Shown here: positions 35,255-44,777 of the stretch, in pieces
Position numbering within the stretch: the first letter of the stretch is position 1
Layout of the letters: each line of letters begins with the position of its first letter
Virus record (IMG/VR): IMGVR_UViG_3300044695_007705
Coordinates: 1 to 64,000 of that record
Origin: a virus
Direction: 5' to 3' (one strand)
Length of the DNA stretch: 64,000 bases
Notes under the pieces: model-generated
Told to the model about the DNA's origin: nothing
Database searches by the model: none
What the model saw: the letters and a program-made list of their open reading frames with translations, nothing else
Program-made: the position numbers and the translations under genes

Positions 35255-37769
35255 TAGTTCTTGGGATCGTAAATCAAGCAAAAGGGGAAAGTCTCCGGCT
35301 TTTGCCCTTAACCCGGCTCGTGTGAACTTCGAGTTCGCCAATGACAGAGCGAGGAGTAAAATATTTCAGCATGTAATCGGCCGAGTAGAGTTCACTCAAG
35401 ACGGCCAAAGTAAGAACCGGGCAAGAGATGAGGTAATTCGAAGGGAGTATGATCAGAAGACTCTGTCCGAGTACAAATACAGAAGTATTTCGCATGTTCA
35501 TACCCTTCCTGTTCTCCTGTCTGATGAAGTAGAAGTCTTGGCACATGGAGTACCCGTCCCAAATGGCTTAGAAAACTGCGCCATGGCCGGAATGAGCTGC
35601 AGTGATGGTGCGAGTGATACTGAGTGTGAGGTGGGAAAGTGCGTTATTGGCAGACTGGTTAATGAAGAACGGGGCAAGTGGAGATATGAGTCGTATACTG
35701 TGCCGGATCTTTACTACTATTTATATGGGGAAGAGGTTGTAGAGACTTTAGCTGTTTCGCGAGGGGTGTTTCAGCTTCCAGGAGCGGATGAATCGGTAAA
35801 TGTTGACAAAGTGGCTAGTGTCTACTCGACAGTATATCTCCCCCCGAGCACATATTCGGGCGAGAGTTTTACAAGGCGAGTAGTAAAATTCCTTTCACCG
35901 ACATCGCTTCAAGACTCTTTAGATATATTTGTACGACTTATCCTTAGCAGTGATATTCTCGCCACCGTCCCACTCGAGAGAAAGACTTACGATCGAGTAT
36001 TTAACTCTGTTACAGAGTCTTTGCCATCGGCATGGTCTGAATTTATAGCTGCAGAATTAGATGAGCTTTGGGGTGACAGAGAAAATCTTACAAACAGAGA
36101 GTTTGTAGCAGAATCTTATAATGTGTTGGGCTTATTGTACCAAAAAGCAATACAGTTCGCGCTAAGCTCTTTCCGACTGCCTGCGATTGCAATAGACGGG
36201 CAGATTTCTCGGCCGGTGTATAATAGACTTCCGGGTGTGTCCGGGGCGTATAATAACGAAGACAGTGATTCGGATGTTGCAAAATGGCTGACTTCCGGCT
36301 CGGATATGGAACTCAGCGATTCCAAGACGCGAATAGACTGGTTTTATAATAATTTTCTCGACCCGGAAACTTGCTATCCACTAAACCTGGACTGGACCGC
36401 TCAGCACATGGGTTTCTTTGGTGGTATGTGGAACTTGGAATGGGATTCCCCGTTCAAACGCTTGCTGTTAAGGAATGCGCATAAGAATGATTTGCCCGAA
36501 GGCGGCTTATGGACTCGAGACTCAGAAGAGGATACTTTAAGGGGTATAGATCTTTCGCAAATAGAATTTGCTTGCGGGAATAACACAGTATCGAGATATT
36601 CAAAAAACTTATACAATTTAGATAATTCTCTGGTAGAGCGTGTAGTAGTTGACGAACTTATTGCTGACATGTCTCAATGGCCAGGACTTATACCGGCTAG
36701 AGGTTCTTTATTGTCAGTAATATTTATGTTCTGGGCTTTTAATATAAAGGCAGTAAGCGCTGAAGAATTTGCTGTTAACGATGACGGATCTTATAGTGTT
36801 AGAAGTGGACTAAGGGCTCTCGAGTCAAGCTCCCCTGTTAATCTCCCTGTAATTTGGGATGTTATACACGTCGGCACTGATCAGGACGCCGAAGTTGGGA
36901 TGTACAGTAATCAGTTAGTGGCTGACATGGCTGTTTGTCGAGACGTTAATTTGGCGAATACTGTTGTAATACGAATGCCGTTTTATTACAATAGAGATGG
37001 TAAGACTTGGGATGCAGCTAAGAGTATAATAGATAACTGGATGACTGCTACTGCAGACAAAAGACTTCAGTACGGTTATCCTGTCTCTGATTTATTAACC
37101 GCTGATGATTTTTTCTTTGAGATATCTGGGGGGCAAATAGACACAGTTATCTGGTATCCAGATGAAATTACCCCCCAGTCAATACCTCCGGCGGGAGAAT
37201 TTCAGAATAGGTTTGAGGGCGATGGGGGAGAGTCAAATTTGGTTGACCCCTATTCAATAACTGTCGTAGAGTCGGCAAATGCCATGAGCGGGGGATTGTG
37301 GTCTTTCAATCCAGATTTTTGTAGTCCTTTCTCCAATGAGTTTTGTATTGAGTTTTTTGCCTACGTCGGGGATGTCGGAGAATTTGAAAATGACTTGGTT
37401 ATTGTTGTTGCGGATAATAATTTATTATCTGGTTGGGGTATTCTTGGAGACTCCCTTATTTTAAATTTTGAGCCATTTGGTGAGGATCAAATAATACCAT
37501 TGCCATGGCCTAGAGAGTCTTTGACTCACTGCAGTATTCAGTATTATCAGGGGAGTTTAATAATTCATCTGGGGGGAGAATTAATAGCTAGTGTTCCTTA
37601 CGAAAATAAAATTAACGATCCAATAATGGCCTTCGGGTTATTTAAACTCTTGCTGCCAGAACAGCAGGATGTCGAAGTGTTTTTAGGCCAGATAAGAATC
37701 TCTTCTTCAGCAATATACAAAGATCAGGAGAGTATAACAATCCCAGGTTATCCATTTTTTCAGGAGTAA
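35241..37769 (+). CDS. Baseplate wedge (GpI-like) protein with C-terminal LamG/concanavalin-like domain
   Basis: VYNRLPG, LDPETC..LDWTAQHMG; C-terminal FCIEFF..THCSI..GQIRIS. Confidence 0.65.
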   Translation: MISSNSSWDRKSSKRGKSPAFALNPARVNFEFANDRARSKIFQHVIGRVEFTQDGQSKNRARDEVIRREYDQKTLSEYKYRSISHVHTLPVLLSDEVEVLAHGVPVPNGLENCAMAGMSCSDGASDTECEVGKCVIGRLVNEERGKWRYESYTVPDLYYYLYGEEVVETLAVSRGVFQLPGADESVNVDKVASVYSTVYLPPSTYSGESFTRRVVKFLSPTSLQDSLDIFVRLILSSDILATVPLERKTYDRVFNSVTESLPSAWSEFIAAELDELWGDRENLTNREFVAESYNVLGLLYQKAIQFALSSFRLPAIAIDGQISRPVYNRLPGVSGAYNNEDSDSDVAKWLTSGSDMELSDSKTRIDWFYNNFLDPETCYPLNLDWTAQHMGFFGGMWNLEWDSPFKRLLLRNAHKNDLPEGGLWTRDSEEDTLRGIDLSQIEFACGNNTVSRYSKNLYNLDNSLVERVVVDELIADMSQWPGLIPARGSLLSVIFMFWAFNIKAVSAEEFAVNDDGSYSVRSGLRALESSSPVNLPVIWDVIHVGTDQDAEVGMYSNQLVADMAVCRDVNLANTVVIRMPFYYNRDGKTWDAAKSIIDNWMTATADKRLQYGYPVSDLLTADDFFFEISGGQIDTVIWYPDEITPQSIPPAGEFQNRFEGDGGESNLVDPYSITVVESANAMSGGLWSFNPDFCSPFSNEFCIEFFAYVGDVGEFENDLVIVVADNNLLSGWGILGDSLILNFEPFGEDQIIPLPWPRESLTHCSIQYYQGSLIIHLGGELIASVPYENKINDPIMAFGLFKLLLPEQQDVEVFLGQIRISSSAIYKDQESITIPGYPFFQE

Positions 37770-37775
37770 GTATCC

Positions 37776-40700
37776 ATGAGCGAGTTTTTTAAACATGCCG
37801 GGGTGATGGCCCGAGCGCAAAGCAGGATTGTCGAAACGTTAGGTGTGCCTTTTGCCGATCCCTTTAACGAGGAGGCGGTAATCATTGATGTTAATGATCC
37901 CAAAAGGCTTGGCAGGGTCAAGGTCACTACGGACGACGGATTCACCTCTAAATGGATCCCTGTGTCCGGTTCGAGTAGCGGCACGTTAAGCTCGAGATAT
38001 ATCGGCTCGAACGTCTTGGTTGGTAAGACAAATGGCCGAAGCGAAAACATGTATGTCATAGGTATTGTTAAGAATGACAAAGATGTTGGATTGAATGGGT
38101 CGCCGTTCCAACTCCCCATAATCGATGAGAGCATGGCGGTTTGGAATGGATCTTCCGACCCTGGAATGACTTGCAATAGGGAGAACGAGGGGCGCACGTA
38201 TATACTGAGTAACGAAATCAATCAAGATGTTGTTGTCTGTCTTAGGCGGAGTAGCCCGCAAGTGGGGAACAAACCGGCTTGGGCGTGGAAATCCCTGACC
38301 AACGGGCTTTGGGTCGAGAAGGGTATTAACCCGGGGAACGAAACCACAATCCCGATCGAGCAAGCGCAGTTGAGAAATCCGGGCATACCGGAATGTACCG
38401 AGTCACTGCTTGGCGAGAAGCATGACTTTGCTGAAGACAGGGGGTTCAGGACAACAAGCATGGTTTGCAGAAGGGATGAGAACGGCGAGTTTGGCTGGAT
38501 CCCGGAATCTGCTCCTCCTGTATTCTTTAGAACAACTTTGCCTACTTGCTCGGAAAAAATACATGGCATGGAGGCGGTTGTAGACGATGGAAACAACTCA
38601 GAAATTGTAAAATGTTTGAGATATCAAGGGCTTATGAGGTGGGTGAAGGAGGGTAAAAGACTCCCGCACAAGTTTCACAAAAAGGATAAACCGCTTACGA
38701 AGGTGGAATTTCTGGATGGGTATGGGCCGGTGCCCGCACTTGAAGAGGGCGGGTTCGATTGGCTCAAGGAACCAGAGATTATTGAAACAGTCTTCGATAC
38801 CGTAATCTCCAACATCCCTATAACTAATACAGATCCGGCCCTTAGGAACGCATTGCAACTGGCGGGGCTGTTACCGGCTCAGGCGTTTAACGGTGCGCAG
38901 GTATTGTCTACCGCTGCGAGAGAGGCGATGAACCGCAGACTCGGGGTTCCTGTCGACACTTTAACTAACACGTTAAGACAAGAGCTAGATAGAGATGGAA
39001 AACTTTCGTTTGAAACTGCACAACTATTGACAGGTATAGGCGATGCGGGCAGGGTATTGACTAACGGGGTTGTTGGGGGCACGGTTGACCAAGCCCTGGT
39101 AAATATCGGCCAAAACGCCTTAAGAAATTCGCTGCTTTCACTGAGTCCGCAAACCGCGTCGGTAATGACCGGCTTGATGTCTGGAGGAGTCTGGGGCGCG
39201 ATTGATACAGCCACTATCCTCGGGCTGAGCAAACTCCCCCCTGAGGTGAACAAGTACGTCCAGCCGGTTGTCGGAATCGCCAGGAACGTGCTCGCGGGGT
39301 ATCCCACCGCCTTAGGAAATATTCTTAACACCGCGTCCGGGGGAGGGCTGACCGCCGCTGTTTCCGGTACGTTTAACTCGCTGCTCGGCAGGAACGCAAT
39401 AACGCCTCAGATCCTGTCCTCTACCGCCTCGTTGATTGGGGGTGGGGCCCTGGGGCCAATGGGGCAAATGTTCAACCAGTTCAGTAATTTGGCCGGAATG
39501 CCGATGGCGCCAGGCGCCTTGGGATCGTTACCGTTTCTCGCTAGCACAGCCATGGGTGCGCTGGGCATTGGCAACGCAGTGCAATCGTTGTTTGGTGGCT
39601 TAGGGGGTGGCATAGGCTTTAACGGGCTTGCCGCTCTTGTAGGGGGCGGGTTCAACCCAATATCAACTGCGCTGTTTGGGATTGGAGCATTGTCCTCGTT
39701 GTTTGGTGGGGCGGGCGGTAACTGTCCTTGCGATCCTAAGTGTCGCAAAGTTGCACATGGAGTCGATACGGACGGCCAGAAATTGCTCGATCCGTGTGGT
39801 GCTTTGACGAGTGTAAATGCCAATGCCTATTGTCCCACAGGTTTTTGTTTACCAAACAATGTTGGAGACGTAGCATTTGACTTGGGACTTACTCCTACTC
39901 TAGTTGGTAAAAATCTAATCCCTCCTAACACAAGTGACTTGACCCAGATGATATACGGGTCGCAGCGTCTTGTAAACATGGCGGAGAAGTTCTATGAATC
40001 TCGTTATGCGGACGAGGCGGAGAAAGAGGCGGAATTTGCTTACACGTTTGAAAACGTGGAAAAAGGGTTCAAAATGGCGGATAATAATATTACCCGCATT
40101 GAATCGGTTGAAAGGCGACTCATAGACTCCGGGTATAATACGCTGCAGAATATATTCTGGAAGCCGGGGCCAGAAACCGCTATTCTCGAGCAGCTTATAA
40201 TCGATGTTAGGGAGAATTCCCAGGCCTTGCAATCCATATACCGGTTTGTCAAAACCCTCGACCTGGTTAAAGACGGCCCTAGGATCGGTGTTAACGTTAC
40301 CCCGTCAATTGGACTGGCGTTAGCGAATATCCCCGGGCTTGCGGGGCTGTACGAAAAGAACAAGATCGAGACTACTAAGATTATGGAGGGCGGGATAAAA
40401 CCAGCACACCTCGAATGGGAGACGATGACTCCCGGCCTAGACACTCCTGTTAAGCTCGGACTTTACAATCCCCCTCTGCCAATCGTCTTCCCCAACGAAC
40501 GCACGCTATTTGACGAGGCGAGATTCCTGTCTATCTCGCTTGATTCGAAGATTGTAGACGATTTGCAAGAGAGCAAGCCGCCTATCGATCGGGTGCTGTC
40601 TCCGAATCAAATCAACACTCTTAAGAATACGTTTATTCAAAGGGCGGGTGATGCGTCCCTGTCAAGCGGTATTATAACACCCGGCGGAAGAGTTACGCAA

Positions 40701-40910
40701 GACTTGCCATTGCCCGAAGGGTTTGTTATTCCGGATGGCACCGTATTCCCCGAAGGGTCTTCGCTACCAACAGGTGTAGCGCTACCGTCCGGGACTTTAC
40801 TACCCGCCGGTACTGTCTTCCCGGACGGGTTTGTATTCCCCGGGCAAGAACGCACTTCGCTGTACGAAGAGTTGAAAGCGAGGGAGAGCGGAGAAACCGA
40901 CTGTGAATAA
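37776..40910 (+). CDS. Baseplate central spike (gp5/GpV/VgrG-type OB N-terminus) with long extension
   Basis: DVNDPKRLGRVKV..SKWIPV; Gly-rich middle region; C-terminal hexapeptide repeats. Confidence 0.7.
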   Translation: MSEFFKHAGVMARAQSRIVETLGVPFADPFNEEAVIIDVNDPKRLGRVKVTTDDGFTSKWIPVSGSSSGTLSSRYIGSNVLVGKTNGRSENMYVIGIVKNDKDVGLNGSPFQLPIIDESMAVWNGSSDPGMTCNRENEGRTYILSNEINQDVVVCLRRSSPQVGNKPAWAWKSLTNGLWVEKGINPGNETTIPIEQAQLRNPGIPECTESLLGEKHDFAEDRGFRTTSMVCRRDENGEFGWIPESAPPVFFRTTLPTCSEKIHGMEAVVDDGNNSEIVKCLRYQGLMRWVKEGKRLPHKFHKKDKPLTKVEFLDGYGPVPALEEGGFDWLKEPEIIETVFDTVISNIPITNTDPALRNALQLAGLLPAQAFNGAQVLSTAAREAMNRRLGVPVDTLTNTLRQELDRDGKLSFETAQLLTGIGDAGRVLTNGVVGGTVDQALVNIGQNALRNSLLSLSPQTASVMTGLMSGGVWGAIDTATILGLSKLPPEVNKYVQPVVGIARNVLAGYPTALGNILNTASGGGLTAAVSGTFNSLLGRNAITPQILSSTASLIGGGALGPMGQMFNQFSNLAGMPMAPGALGSLPFLASTAMGALGIGNAVQSLFGGLGGGIGFNGLAALVGGGFNPISTALFGIGALSSLFGGAGGNCPCDPKCRKVAHGVDTDGQKLLDPCGALTSVNANAYCPTGFCLPNNVGDVAFDLGLTPTLVGKNLIPPNTSDLTQMIYGSQRLVNMAEKFYESRYADEAEKEAEFAYTFENVEKGFKMADNNITRIESVERRLIDSGYNTLQNIFWKPGPETAILEQLIIDVRENSQALQSIYRFVKTLDLVKDGPRIGVNVTPSIGLALANIPGLAGLYEKNKIETTKIMEGGIKPAHLEWETMTPGLDTPVKLGLYNPPLPIVFPNERTLFDEARFLSISLDSKIVDDLQESKPPIDRVLSPNQINTLKNTFIQRAGDASLSSGIITPGGRVTQDLPLPEGFVIPDGTVFPEGSSLPTGVALPSGTLLPAGTVFPDGFVFPGQERTSLYEELKARESGETDCE
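40710..40847 (+). repeat. About seven coding hexapeptide repeats [LIF]-P-x-G-x-x
   Basis: LPEGFV IPDGTV FPEGSS LPTGVA LPSGTL LPAGTV FPDGFV. Confidence 0.8.
40871..40879 (+). promoter_or_regulatory. GTTGAAAGC putative late promoter inside the spike gene 3' end
   Basis: 23 nt upstream of the terminase GTG. Confidence 0.6.
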
Positions 40911-42483
40911 GAGCCAATTGGCGAAAGAGAAATCTCTTGTCAAAGAGATGATGCTGAAAGTTGAGAGTTTGAGCCAGGAGGAGAGAAAAGAACTGCTTCG
41001 GCTAAAGTGCCGCACGGAATTTATTACCTACGCCCGAGTTATTACCCGAGAAGCCACAAACAGCGGCGTATTTACTCCGTATAGAGTACACGAGTTAATA
41101 TGTGACTATGTTCAGAATATCTGTGACGGGAATCCGGATTATAAAAGAACCTGTATATCCTTGCCGCCTAGGAGCGGCAAAAGCATGCTTATATCTAAAT
41201 TAATGCCGAGTTGGCAGCTAGGACGTAGCCCCAGCGCTCAGTTCATCATGGCGTCTTATGGTCTTAAGCTCACGCACGAGAACTCCAGGGCGATATTGAG
41301 TTATATTACAAGCGATACGTTTAAATGGATATTTCCTGAATGCAGTATTAATAAGAAAGACTGTAACCTTAAGACTATGAGAACTGGTCAAGGGGGAATT
41401 ATAATGTCCGCTAGTGCAGGGTCCGGTGTTACTGGCTTCGGATTTGGTGTAATTAGCGAAGAAGATTTACCAGGTATCGGCATCTTAGACGATTTACTTG
41501 AAGACGGTAATTCACTACAAGTACTTGAATCGACTTTTGCCTGGACTGCGACTCAGTTCCTTACTAGAGGTTTACCAAATAACTGTGTTATGTCGATGGG
41601 AACTAGATTCCACGTGGAAGATGTTATCGGCAGATTGCTATCAAGTGACCCGGAAGGTTGGCTAGAGCTAAATGTGCCCGCTTTGTGTCTTGATGAGGAG
41701 AACGATCCTATAGGTAGAAAGTTAGGTGAATCACATTGGCCGGAATTTTTCCCTGTAGAAGAATTGAAAGTATATGAAAAGCAGGACAAGAATACTTTTG
41801 AGACGCTGTATCTTGGTAGACCTAAGGGCGCCAGCGGTTCGATTTTTAAACACTCCTGGTTCGAGCAGCATGAGAAAAATCGTCAACAATACGAGTTTGT
41901 ATTCGCAACTGCCGATACTGCCCTTAAAGAAAAAGAGATGAACGATTACTCGGTCATGTGCGTGTTTGGGGTTGTTAAAAAGACGAGGAAATTACACCTT
42001 ATTAGTGTGTACAAAGAGCAGATGGAGTTCCCGGACCTGTTAAAGGTGATGCCGCTGTGGTTAAAGACTTGGAAAGTAAGGGCGATTTATATCGAGAGCA
42101 GGGCTAGTGGACTTCCTTTGATACAAATGCTTCGCAAAGAATTACAGATTCCGGTGAAGGAGGTAATCCCAACCAAAGATAAGATTATGAGGGCGAATGA
42201 GGTGGCGCCGGTAGCGGAAGACGGTCGAGTTTCGATATATTCAGAAATTCCCAAGCTCGGTGAATTAATGTCAGAGCTGTGTGCTTTTCCTTACTCAAAG
42301 AATGATGATTTTGTCGACGCTTTTGTCATGGGTTTAAGAGTGTATAGGGATGAGATTATGGGGGCGGCCAAGGCTGCCCATGGAGGATCTAGAGTTCAAC
42401 TCCCCCAAATCAATCATATTGGGGGTAGTCAAAGAGTTACGGGAAGACTCGGAAGAGGGAGCTTGCCAACTCAGTATTTATAG
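40903..42483 (+). CDS. terL: Terminase large subunit
   Basis: LPPRSGKS, GILDD, MGTRFH.ED; nuclease motifs ADTA, IESRASG, DDFVDA. Confidence 0.92.
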   Translation: MNKSQLAKEKSLVKEMMLKVESLSQEERKELLRLKCRTEFITYARVITREATNSGVFTPYRVHELICDYVQNICDGNPDYKRTCISLPPRSGKSMLISKLMPSWQLGRSPSAQFIMASYGLKLTHENSRAILSYITSDTFKWIFPECSINKKDCNLKTMRTGQGGIIMSASAGSGVTGFGFGVISEEDLPGIGILDDLLEDGNSLQVLESTFAWTATQFLTRGLPNNCVMSMGTRFHVEDVIGRLLSSDPEGWLELNVPALCLDEENDPIGRKLGESHWPEFFPVEELKVYEKQDKNTFETLYLGRPKGASGSIFKHSWFEQHEKNRQQYEFVFATADTALKEKEMNDYSVMCVFGVVKKTRKLHLISVYKEQMEFPDLLKVMPLWLKTWKVRAIYIESRASGLPLIQMLRKELQIPVKEVIPTKDKIMRANEVAPVAEDGRVSIYSEIPKLGELMSELCAFPYSKNDDFVDAFVMGLRVYRDEIMGAAKAAHGGSRVQLPQINHIGGSQRVTGRLGRGSLPTQYL

Positions 42484-42492
42484 TGCTAAAAT
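42484..42492 (+). promoter_or_regulatory. Extended -10 promoter (TGcTAAAAT)
   Basis: 30 nt upstream of the thioredoxin-sigma-DCL operon. Confidence 0.5.
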
Positions 42493-42522
42493 TATTAAGC
42501 CATTATTCAGGAGATTAATCCA

Positions 42523-42855
42523 ATGGAAAAAGAGACCTTTTTAAGAAAAGTCGTACTCTTCGTACAGCCCGGATGCCCCGCTTGCGAAGCTATGAAACCG
42601 ATTTGGGGACAAGTGGCCGGAGAAGTATCTGAAGAATACCCAGAACTGCGTGTGGGCTGGGGAGAATACGACGTCACTGAGGACAACTGGGAATTTCTCG
42701 AATCACTTAAGCCGGGAACCTCCGGGCAAGGAACTCCAGAAATCGCTGTTTTTGACGAAGAATGCGATTTGATCGGGTTTAACGGTGAGGGCATTATGCC
42801 CGCTTCGCAACTTAAAAGCTTCGTGATCAATTCGATTAAGGGGGGCAGAGCCTGA
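42523..42855 (+). CDS. Thioredoxin-fold protein
   Basis: GCPACEAMKP and cis-Pro GTP motif. Confidence 0.8.
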   Translation: MEKETFLRKVVLFVQPGCPACEAMKPIWGQVAGEVSEEYPELRVGWGEYDVTEDNWEFLESLKPGTSGQGTPEIAVFDEECDLIGFNGEGIMPASQLKSFVINSIKGGRA

Positions 42856-43580
42856 TGACCACGCAAGGTATTAATGTCGAGCTGAGAAGGGAGAGGCTTA
42901 GGAATAATTATAATCGGAGGAAGACGGAGTACGAGCGGACTCGCGATTTTCACATCCGGGAAAATATGTGGAAAGCGAGTTATGCCGCGAGGAAAGTGGC
43001 TTCGTTCTCCGGTGTCCCATTTGATGAGTTGAGGTCTGTAGCCCTTGAAGCAATGGTCAAACTTTATGACAAGTGGGATCCAGAGAAGGCGAATTTTAGT
43101 ACTTGGCTAAATCGTTCGCTAACGTTCCAGCTATTGAATTATTTGCGCGATAACTCGCGAATGATCAAGATACCACGGTCGTATTCAGACGCTTATATGA
43201 AGATGAGAAGGATTGTTGGCAGGAGCCCAGACCTGACCGACGCGCAGATCTCTGAGGCTACTGGACTAACCGAGCAGCTTATAGCCGAGACGCGTGAAGC
43301 GTTTCAGATGACGTATTTGGAGATTAACGAGGAGACAGAGATGCCAGTTGATGACGGCGGGATTGATGACGATAATCTCGCCTCGATGTTTAGCGATTAT
43401 GGGGATATTATAGGTAGGCTTTCGAAACTTTACCCAGAAGAATACACCTTTCTAATGGATGTTTACATTCACAAAAGAGCTGTGTCAACCATCTATCGTA
43501 AGAACCCAGGTATTAATAGTGCGGAGAAGATTGCAGCGAGGACGGACGAGCTGCTTAGCAAACTTATGAGTGATGGGTAA
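42855..43580 (+). CDS. Phage RNA polymerase sigma factor (sigma70 family, group 3 SigF/SigB-like)
   Basis: Region 2 DELRSVALEAMVKLYDKWDPEKANFSTW..LLNYLRD..MIKIPR; region 3 HTH; region 4 looks degenerate. Confidence 0.85.
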   Translation: MTTQGINVELRRERLRNNYNRRKTEYERTRDFHIRENMWKASYAARKVASFSGVPFDELRSVALEAMVKLYDKWDPEKANFSTWLNRSLTFQLLNYLRDNSRMIKIPRSYSDAYMKMRRIVGRSPDLTDAQISEATGLTEQLIAETREAFQMTYLEINEETEMPVDDGGIDDDNLASMFSDYGDIIGRLSKLYPEEYTFLMDVYIHKRAVSTIYRKNPGINSAEKIAARTDELLSKLMSDG

Positions 43581-44286
43581 GTCGATATATACTGATATTG
43601 GCGAGCAGCAATACAATAAAAAGCAGTTCGCGGAGAGATGGAAGTCTATTACTTCATCTTATGAGACAGGTGTCTTTTTTAACGAAGAGGACACCCTGTT
43701 CCTGAGACAAGTCTGCTTAAAGATTGAAAGGTTCAGGAAAATCGTCTTAAGGCCTGGACAGTGCAAGTTCAAGCTCACAAGCAAAGAGTTTAATGGTCGC
43801 AAAGTCAAGGGTGTAGTCTTGATGACACCCTCGTCTAAGTATGAAGTATGGATAGGTAAGTCTTATGTGATGTCCAGGATTTTTCCGAGAACTTATGCCC
43901 CCGACCCGGCCAAGGAGAATAGAAAACTCGCGATCCGTGCTTTGAGGAATATTATCCAACCGCAGATCGATCTTTATAAAAGACGAGTCTCGGGTCAAAG
44001 TGTTGTTAAATCGTCGTTGACAGGCAAGCCGATACACGGAGCGTATCATGTCGATCATGTCTATCCGTTTATACGGCTTGTTGAGGAATGGTGCCGAGAT
44101 AATTCTCTGGACTTAGAGACAATACCCGTCAAATGTGTGGGTGTCACTTGCCGTCTATCTTGCATCAAGATGTCAGAAAGCTGGTTTGATTACCACGCTT
44201 TGAATGCACAGTACCAAGTGCTTGATCCGAGGGAAAACATCATCAAAGGTGCGAAGTACTATGGCAAGTCTTCGGACAATATCTGA
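43573..44286 (+). CDS. DCL (DUF3223)-like protein with HNH-like C-terminal part
   Basis: ALRNIIQPQI..TG..YHVDHVYPF..LV..W..W.DYH..A.YQVL..EN. Confidence 0.55.
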   Translation: MGKSIYTDIGEQQYNKKQFAERWKSITSSYETGVFFNEEDTLFLRQVCLKIERFRKIVLRPGQCKFKLTSKEFNGRKVKGVVLMTPSSKYEVWIGKSYVMSRIFPRTYAPDPAKENRKLAIRALRNIIQPQIDLYKRRVSGQSVVKSSLTGKPIHGAYHVDHVYPFIRLVEEWCRDNSLDLETIPVKCVGVTCRLSCIKMSESWFDYHALNAQYQVLDPRENIIKGAKYYGKSSDNI

Positions 44287-44777
44287 TCGAGCAGGTTAGC
44301 AACTTCTCGGGATATTGACTCAGGCAGTTCGATATTGCCTGACCTATTAAGCCATATTTGTTGCCGGGATTCTCCCGGAGAAAACATGCTGGCGACGGAA
44401 ACGGACTCTCTGCCGACATAAACGTCTTGCTCCTCGCCATACCGTCTTTTTAAATACTGGACGATGGGAGAATTTTCTCCCTGCTTTTCGATCTCAACTT
44501 CAAGCGTTTTGAGCGAGCTTTGCAGGGCGGAAAATAGTCTGTCTCCTGTCAAGTCCCCCTCCGCTTCGATTGTTACCGAAGCGGCCCCTAAAGCGCGTAC
44601 GTATTGCGACAAGTTGTGTTCGACTTCGCGAGTATAGCCTTCGGCTACTGTGCGGAGAAACTCACGCCTTACCTGCTCTTTTGACAACTCGTTCAAAGAG
44701 TTTTGGACGGCCTTTTTTGCAGCGTCTTGCACCACGTCTTTGAAAAACAGTCCGAGAAGCGGTTTTAGAAACAACAT
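44259..44777 (-). CDS. Hypothetical protein (end of structural operon)
   Basis: 172-aa ORF coupled (TAATG) to the hub gene. Confidence 0.55.
   Translation of the reverse strand: MLFLKPLLGLFFKDVVQDAAKKAVQNSLNELSKEQVRREFLRTVAEGYTREVEHNLSQYVRALGAASVTIEAEGDLTGDRLFSALQSSLKTLEVEIEKQGENSPIVQYLKRRYGEEQDVYVGRESVSVASMFSPGESRQQIWLNRSGNIELPESISREVANLLDQILSEDLP

Noticed and set aside
20241-42483. Inteins or group I introns in nrdA, nrdB, helicase or terL
   Set aside because: All are continuous ORFs of normal length with intact motifs
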